Below, piece after piece: positions 60,341-64,000 of a DNA stretch of 64,000 nucleotides; the stretch's first letter is position 1; each line of letters starts with the position of its first letter. The stretch covers positions 88,729 through 152,728 of the forward strand of contig LSNK01000001.1 of NCBI GenBank assembly GCA_003056085.1. The letters are read 5' to 3'. Below the pieces are notes generated by a model. It was not told the origin of the DNA and did no database searches. It worked only from the letters and a program-made list of their open reading frames with translations. Source of the stretch: Parcubacteria group bacterium M6-OD1-1. GTDB lineage: Bacteria > Patescibacteriota > Minisyncoccia > GWC2-36-17 > M10-OD1-4. A program made the translations under genes and the position numbers.

Positions 60341-60414
60341 TATTTTCTGAATAACTCAACGGGTTGAGGTATTCAATTTACTCCGTTATTCTCTATTAAG
60401 TGGTATAGCATACT

Positions 60415-60445
60415 ATCCAAATTTTGGATATTGATTTTTTGGATA
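60415..60445 (+). promoter_or_regulatory. Candidate operator for the XRE regulator: 15-bp palindrome plus a repeated half-site
   Basis: atccaaattttggat (perfect palindrome, 60415..60429), then ttgattttttggata (TTTGGATA again), 15-30 nt upstream of the XRE start codon. Confidence 0.5.
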
Positions 60446-60459
60446 GACAATGATAGCAT

Positions 60460-60681
60460 ATGAACAAATCAATCCATACAAAAGAATACGCCAAATTTGT
60501 AGAAAAATTAAAGCAAGCTCGTATTGAAGCTGACTTTACACAAGTACAAGTTGCCAAAAAACTAAAACGTCCCCAATCACATGTTTCAAATATTGAAACA
60601 GGACAACAAAGAGTTGATGTCATTGAATTGAAAAGATTCGCAAAATTGTACAAAAAAAATATTAATTATTTTATTAAATAA
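60460..60681 (+). CDS. XRE-family HTH transcriptional regulator
   Basis: FTQVQVAKKLKRPQSHVSNIETGQQRVDV is an HTH_3 motif, 73 aa. The stop abuts the next gene. Confidence 0.8.
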   Translation: MNKSIHTKEYAKFVEKLKQARIEADFTQVQVAKKLKRPQSHVSNIETGQQRVDVIELKRFAKLYKKNINYFIK

Positions 60682-60683
60682 AT

Positions 60684-61283
60684 ATGGGATTTTTTAATTT
60701 TTCAAAATACAACAATGCAGAAAAAGAACTCCTAGATTTATATAGCACCGAGTTCGAAAACATAGGAATTCCAGAACCATCTAAAATGGCGGGAAATTTG
60801 TTAGATGAAGCAATCAAAGAATCTAAAAAAATTAATCTTCCCGTTAATGCTGGAGATTCACTTTTAGATAAAGAAAAAAATAATGAAAGCACCCACAATC
60901 TTTTAGAAAAAAAGAGACGGGAGGGTGTGCGTGATGAAGATATTAGATGGTGGTGGAATTCGAGCGACCTAGAACGAATGATGATGTTAAAAGTTGATGA
61001 GTTTCACCGATTAGCTTTACATATAAAATGTCGGGAAGATGGTTTGTCGGCTGAACAGTCAGCTAATCAAGTTAGAAAATTTCATCCTATTTATGGAAAC
61101 CCAGAAGAAACAACTCATACTGATGGGGATGATGGACCACTACCCGAAGAACTAAAAAATAGAATTAATATTTATATAGAAAGAAAACCACAAACAGACC
61201 CTGAAAAATATAAAGATGAAATTGAACAATCAACTACATTTAATGCTTTAATACGAAAAGAACTTAAAAAGAATAACCTTTAA
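60684..61283 (+). CDS. Hypothetical protein (island gene 1)
   Basis: 199 aa, no recognisable motif. Co-oriented with the XRE gene, 2-nt spacer. Confidence 0.5.
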   Translation: MGFFNFSKYNNAEKELLDLYSTEFENIGIPEPSKMAGNLLDEAIKESKKINLPVNAGDSLLDKEKNNESTHNLLEKKRREGVRDEDIRWWWNSSDLERMMMLKVDEFHRLALHIKCREDGLSAEQSANQVRKFHPIYGNPEETTHTDGDDGPLPEELKNRINIYIERKPQTDPEKYKDEIEQSTTFNALIRKELKKNNL

Positions 61284-61321
61284 AAAAATTATCTACGATA
61301 AAATTAAAATATGGAAATGAT

Positions 61322-61546
61322 ATGCATATAGAATATTATAAAAAATTTAGAATAAATATACATAAACCTGAGCCAAGAGATAATAATTGGTTAATAGAGT
61401 GGGATTTAATGATTTCTGTTAAAAATGGTTGGGATCCTTATTCTGATGATAAATTTATTGAAGAAATACCAAATTCATATCCAGAAGATAATTGTCTTAC
61501 TATTGTTTTAAATAGAGTTAAGAAATATATAGATAAAAATTTATAA
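61322..61546 (+). CDS. Hypothetical small protein (island gene 2)
   Basis: 74 aa. Confidence 0.4.
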   Translation: MHIEYYKKFRINIHKPEPRDNNWLIEWDLMISVKNGWDPYSDDKFIEEIPNSYPEDNCLTIVLNRVKKYIDKNL

Positions 61547-61549
61547 AAT

Positions 61550-61981
61550 ATGTATTTAAAATGTAACATATGCGGTAAAAATAGTGTATTTATTTTTCCA
61601 TGGCTTGCTGGGGATAATAATTGTAATAAATGCTCTAAACAGTTTGAGTATAGAAGAAAAAATGGCTTGTGTTTAATGTGTGGTAGTTCTGAGAAAGTAT
61701 TTTTCTCTGGAAAATGTGATAAGTGTCACAAGCTGCAACAACCTAACGAATTTAAGCCAGAAAAAAATATTGGAAAAGATGTGAAAGTGCTTAATAAGCT
61801 TAAAAATAAACCAGCTTCTCATTCACTTATTTTTTGGCTTATTGGATTTTTTGTAATTGTTATTTTCTACAAACCAATTTTCTTTATTATTCAATACCTT
61901 CTTTGGTTTTTTCTAGTAATTCTATCTGAATTAATATGTTTAATCTCCTTAGGAAATCTACTATGCAAATACACAATATAA
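61550..61981 (+). CDS. Double zinc-ribbon protein with C-terminal TM helices (island gene 3)
   Basis: CNICGK...CNKCSK and CLMCGS...CDKCH, then two hydrophobic helices. Confidence 0.5.
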   Translation: MYLKCNICGKNSVFIFPWLAGDNNCNKCSKQFEYRRKNGLCLMCGSSEKVFFSGKCDKCHKLQQPNEFKPEKNIGKDVKVLNKLKNKPASHSLIFWLIGFFVIVIFYKPIFFIIQYLLWFFLVILSELICLISLGNLLCKYTI

Positions 61982-62005
61982 CCAATATTAAATCACATAA
62001 AGAAT

Positions 62006-62539
62006 ATGATTTATCTTGTAGGTGTAGATCATAGAATTCAACATGATGGGATTGAATCAGCTAATCTAAATCAAAGAAAAAAATTTATTGATTATTTAGT
62101 TTCTACTTTTAAAGAGCTTAATATATCTATTGTAGCTGAAGAATTTAATGAAGACTCTCTTGAATATTCTTATGCAAAAAATAGCACAGCTAAACTTGCA
62201 GTACAAAAAAATGATATAAAACATATTTACTGTGATCCCAACATCAAAGAACGAAAAGAAATAAAAATTCCTTCTGAGGACAAAATATGTAAAGATTTAG
62301 GAATTAAATTCATTAGGAATAATAGTGAAGATGAGGCTCGGATTATACAAGAAAAAAGAAAATACTACATTATACGAGAAAATTTTTGGCTTGATAAATT
62401 ATCTGATTCTTTACATAAAGAAATATTAATTATCATCGGAACAGATCATATAAAAAGTTTTAAGAAATTACTTAATTCAAAAAATATTCCTTGCACCATT
62501 CTAAATAACAATTGGTGTTTTGAAAATTTGTTAACATAA
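62006..62539 (+). CDS. Hypothetical protein (island gene 4), convergent with the RT gene
   Basis: 177 aa, N-terminus MIYLVGVDHRIQ, a later ILIIIGTDH. No confident family assignment. Confidence 0.5.
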   Translation: MIYLVGVDHRIQHDGIESANLNQRKKFIDYLVSTFKELNISIVAEEFNEDSLEYSYAKNSTAKLAVQKNDIKHIYCDPNIKERKEIKIPSEDKICKDLGIKFIRNNSEDEARIIQEKRKYYIIRENFWLDKLSDSLHKEILIIIGTDHIKSFKKLLNSKNIPCTILNNNWCFENLLT

Positions 62540-62563
62540 CACAATAACTTGTGTTATGTTAAC
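62530..62563. terminator. Perfect 15-bp stem hairpin shared by the convergent 62006 and RT genes
   Basis: gttaacataacacaa-taac-ttgtgttatgttaac then ttttctc. Overlaps both stop codons. Confidence 0.6.
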
Positions 62564-63515
62564 TTTTCTCCACATATTTTTTATACTTCATTAGAGCTAT
62601 ACGCTTTTTTTTAGCACCTCTTATTTCAATTGGGGATAAACCTTTTTTTAATTGATTTTTGATTTTATCTATCTTCGATCTAGTCTTTTTACCAACTGAC
62701 ACCTTATTTCTATACATAATTAACCCCAAATGCTCAATTCCTTCCTCATGAGAGCATATAAATTTCTTTTCTTGATTTAAAGGTAAGTCATTACTTAATA
62801 ACAACTCTTCTATTTCCTCAGAGATAACTTTCATATCCTCTTTGGAAACCCTGCTTACTGTTATTCCTATATCATCAACGTAAATAGCAAGTCGCGAATC
62901 TTTTCCTTTTAAGCGTTTTTTTACTAATCTATCTATTCTTATAAAAACATCTAAATTACACCAAACAGCCAATCTTGATGAAGTGGCAAATCCACGAGCT
63001 ATAGTTTTTTTGGAAGATCCATTTCCTTTTGGACCAATTGGAACACAGCATACATCAGAAAGAATTTTAGAAGCTCTATAATCACAACCGCACTCACTCT
63101 TAAAAAAATGATAAACTTTTTCTTTTGTTACATTTTCAAAAAAAGTTTTTATATCTAACTTTAATATTGTCCTTTTTCTTTTTTCACCGAGTAAATGTTC
63201 CGCAGCTTTTTTATGATTTAATCCACCAATACCACCAAAAATAAAGTGGGGTAACATTTTGTCATGAGGAGCAAGAATACTTTTATTTATTTTATCTAAT
63301 AGTTTGCCTAGATTAGTACTTTTTGCATTGCGTACATATTTATTTTTATCAGGCTTTGAGTGTTTTTTATTATCTTTCCAATATTGGTCAAAATTACTTA
63401 TTACACCATTTATTAAATTTAAAGATTCTTCTTTGGAAAAATATTTATTACTCAAATGCTTTGCTAATTCATTTTTACTCCTAATAAAAAGTTTTGGATA
63501 TCTTCTATTTTGCAT
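62559..63515 (-). CDS. Compact reverse transcriptase (retron-like or defense-associated RT)
   Basis: RT motifs in order: PHFIFGGIGGLNHKKAAEHL (motif 1, nAkkH-like), ILKLDIKTFFENV (motif 2), VPIGPKGNGSS...FATSSRLAVWCNL (motifs 3/4), IYVDDIGI (motif 5, catalytic YxDD), LPLNQEKKFIC (motif 6), HLGLIMY (motif 7). 318 aa with no fused extra domain. Confidence 0.75.
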   Translation of the reverse strand: MQNRRYPKLFIRSKNELAKHLSNKYFSKEESLNLINGVISNFDQYWKDNKKHSKPDKNKYVRNAKSTNLGKLLDKINKSILAPHDKMLPHFIFGGIGGLNHKKAAEHLLGEKRKRTILKLDIKTFFENVTKEKVYHFFKSECGCDYRASKILSDVCCVPIGPKGNGSSKKTIARGFATSSRLAVWCNLDVFIRIDRLVKKRLKGKDSRLAIYVDDIGITVSRVSKEDMKVISEEIEELLLSNDLPLNQEKKFICSHEEGIEHLGLIMYRNKVSVGKKTRSKIDKIKNQLKKGLSPIEIRGAKKKRIALMKYKKYVEKS

Positions 63516-63828
63516 ATTTCTTTAAAAACTTTGCTTTATCTTGTATTAGATAATTTTGCATTTTTTCACCAAATTCTATAAATTTTCTTTCTATTGTAGA
63601 ACTTTTATCTATTTGTTTTTCATTACCAAAAAGAAATGGAGTGATAGACGAAGGATGAACATTTAAAATTTTAGATAACTTTAAAAGAAATTTCTTAGAC
63701 ACTTCTTTTTGACCAGTTTCTATCATAGCAATAAGAACAGTAGACACATCTAATGCCTTGGCAAATTCAGACTGGGTAAGTCCAGCTTCATCTCTTATTT
63801 TTCTTATTAGATTTGGAAAAGAATACAT
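63505..63828 (-). CDS. XRE-family HTH protein translationally coupled to the RT
   Basis: LTQSEFAKALDVSTVLIAMIETGQKEVSKKFLLKLSKILNV is an HTH_3 motif, 107 aa. Its 3' end overlaps the RT start by 11 nt. Confidence 0.75.
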   Translation of the reverse strand: MYSFPNLIRKIRDEAGLTQSEFAKALDVSTVLIAMIETGQKEVSKKFLLKLSKILNVHPSSITPFLFGNEKQIDKSSTIERKFIEFGEKMQNYLIQDKAKFLKKYAK

Positions 63829-63837
63829 ATAAGAAGA

Positions 63838-63984
63838 CTATAGGGCGACTACCTCAAAAAATCTATGAGTATACGAATAATTTTTAAAATCATCCATAAA
63901 AATCTTAGAATTTTCATTTTCAGTAACCGCCCTATGATACGGGAGACACAATTCATATACAAAAACTAAAGTATTTTTATTCAT
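63838..63984 (-). CDS. Very small ORF upstream of the HTH-RT pair (possibly non-coding)
   Basis: 48 codons (MNKNTLVFVYELCLPYHRAVTENENSKIFMDDFKNYSYTHRFFEVVAL). The same DNA contains inverted repeats, so it may instead be a structured RNA. Confidence 0.25.
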   Translation of the reverse strand: MNKNTLVFVYELCLPYHRAVTENENSKIFMDDFKNYSYTHRFFEVVAL

Positions 63985-64000
63985 AAAGTTATTTCTTTCC

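Noticed and set aside
62559-63515. Group II intron-encoded protein interpretation of the RT.
   Set aside because: The ORF is only 318 aa and ends about 50 aa after motif 7. It has no maturase (X) or endonuclease domain, and there are no flanking ribozyme-like structured regions, only the HTH gene and a convergent gene with a simple hairpin.

Overview
This is an AT-rich 64-kb window with gene content typical of a Candidate Phyla Radiation (Patescibacteria/Parcubacteria-like) bacterium. Most genes lie on the minus strand. 1-24.8 kb: housekeeping genes smc (partial), rnc, nusB, rpmF, rnhB, dnaE, gatB, tmk, rplK, nusG, secE, gyrB, pheST, gatCA, ligA and a tRNA-Asp/Met/fMet cluster. 24.8-38.7 kb: a complete type IV pilus locus with pilM-N-O, pilB, a CheY-like receiver, pilT, pilC, the major pilin, a large secreted protein, pilD and a GspH/I/J/K-like minor-pilin quartet. 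39-42.4 kb: clpC-like chaperone gene and comF. 42.5-43.7 kb: a scrambled tRNA-Ser/Lys region full of partial tRNA copies and short repeats. 44-48 kb: two large secreted repeat proteins, one tail-fibre-like. 48-60 kb: an accessory stretch with an XRE regulator, tRNA-Arg, an atypical kinase next to an IS30-like HTH fragment, a degenerate GGDEF protein, a DnaQ-like exonuclease, recG, a GT2 glycosyltransferase, a CDP-alcohol phosphatidyltransferase and a PHP phosphoesterase. 60.2-64.0 kb: a tRNA-Glu-adjacent island with an XRE regulator and its operator, four unknown genes and a translationally coupled HTH-reverse transcriptase pair (retron-like or defense-associated), which is the most interesting candidate system. 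Other signals are a REP-like intergenic repeat family, AAGCTAA repeats in place of Shine-Dalgarno sequences, a heptamer tract before a pilus-locus surface-protein gene, a 58-bp hairpin element inserted into two tRNA pseudogenes, and frameshifts at A-runs.
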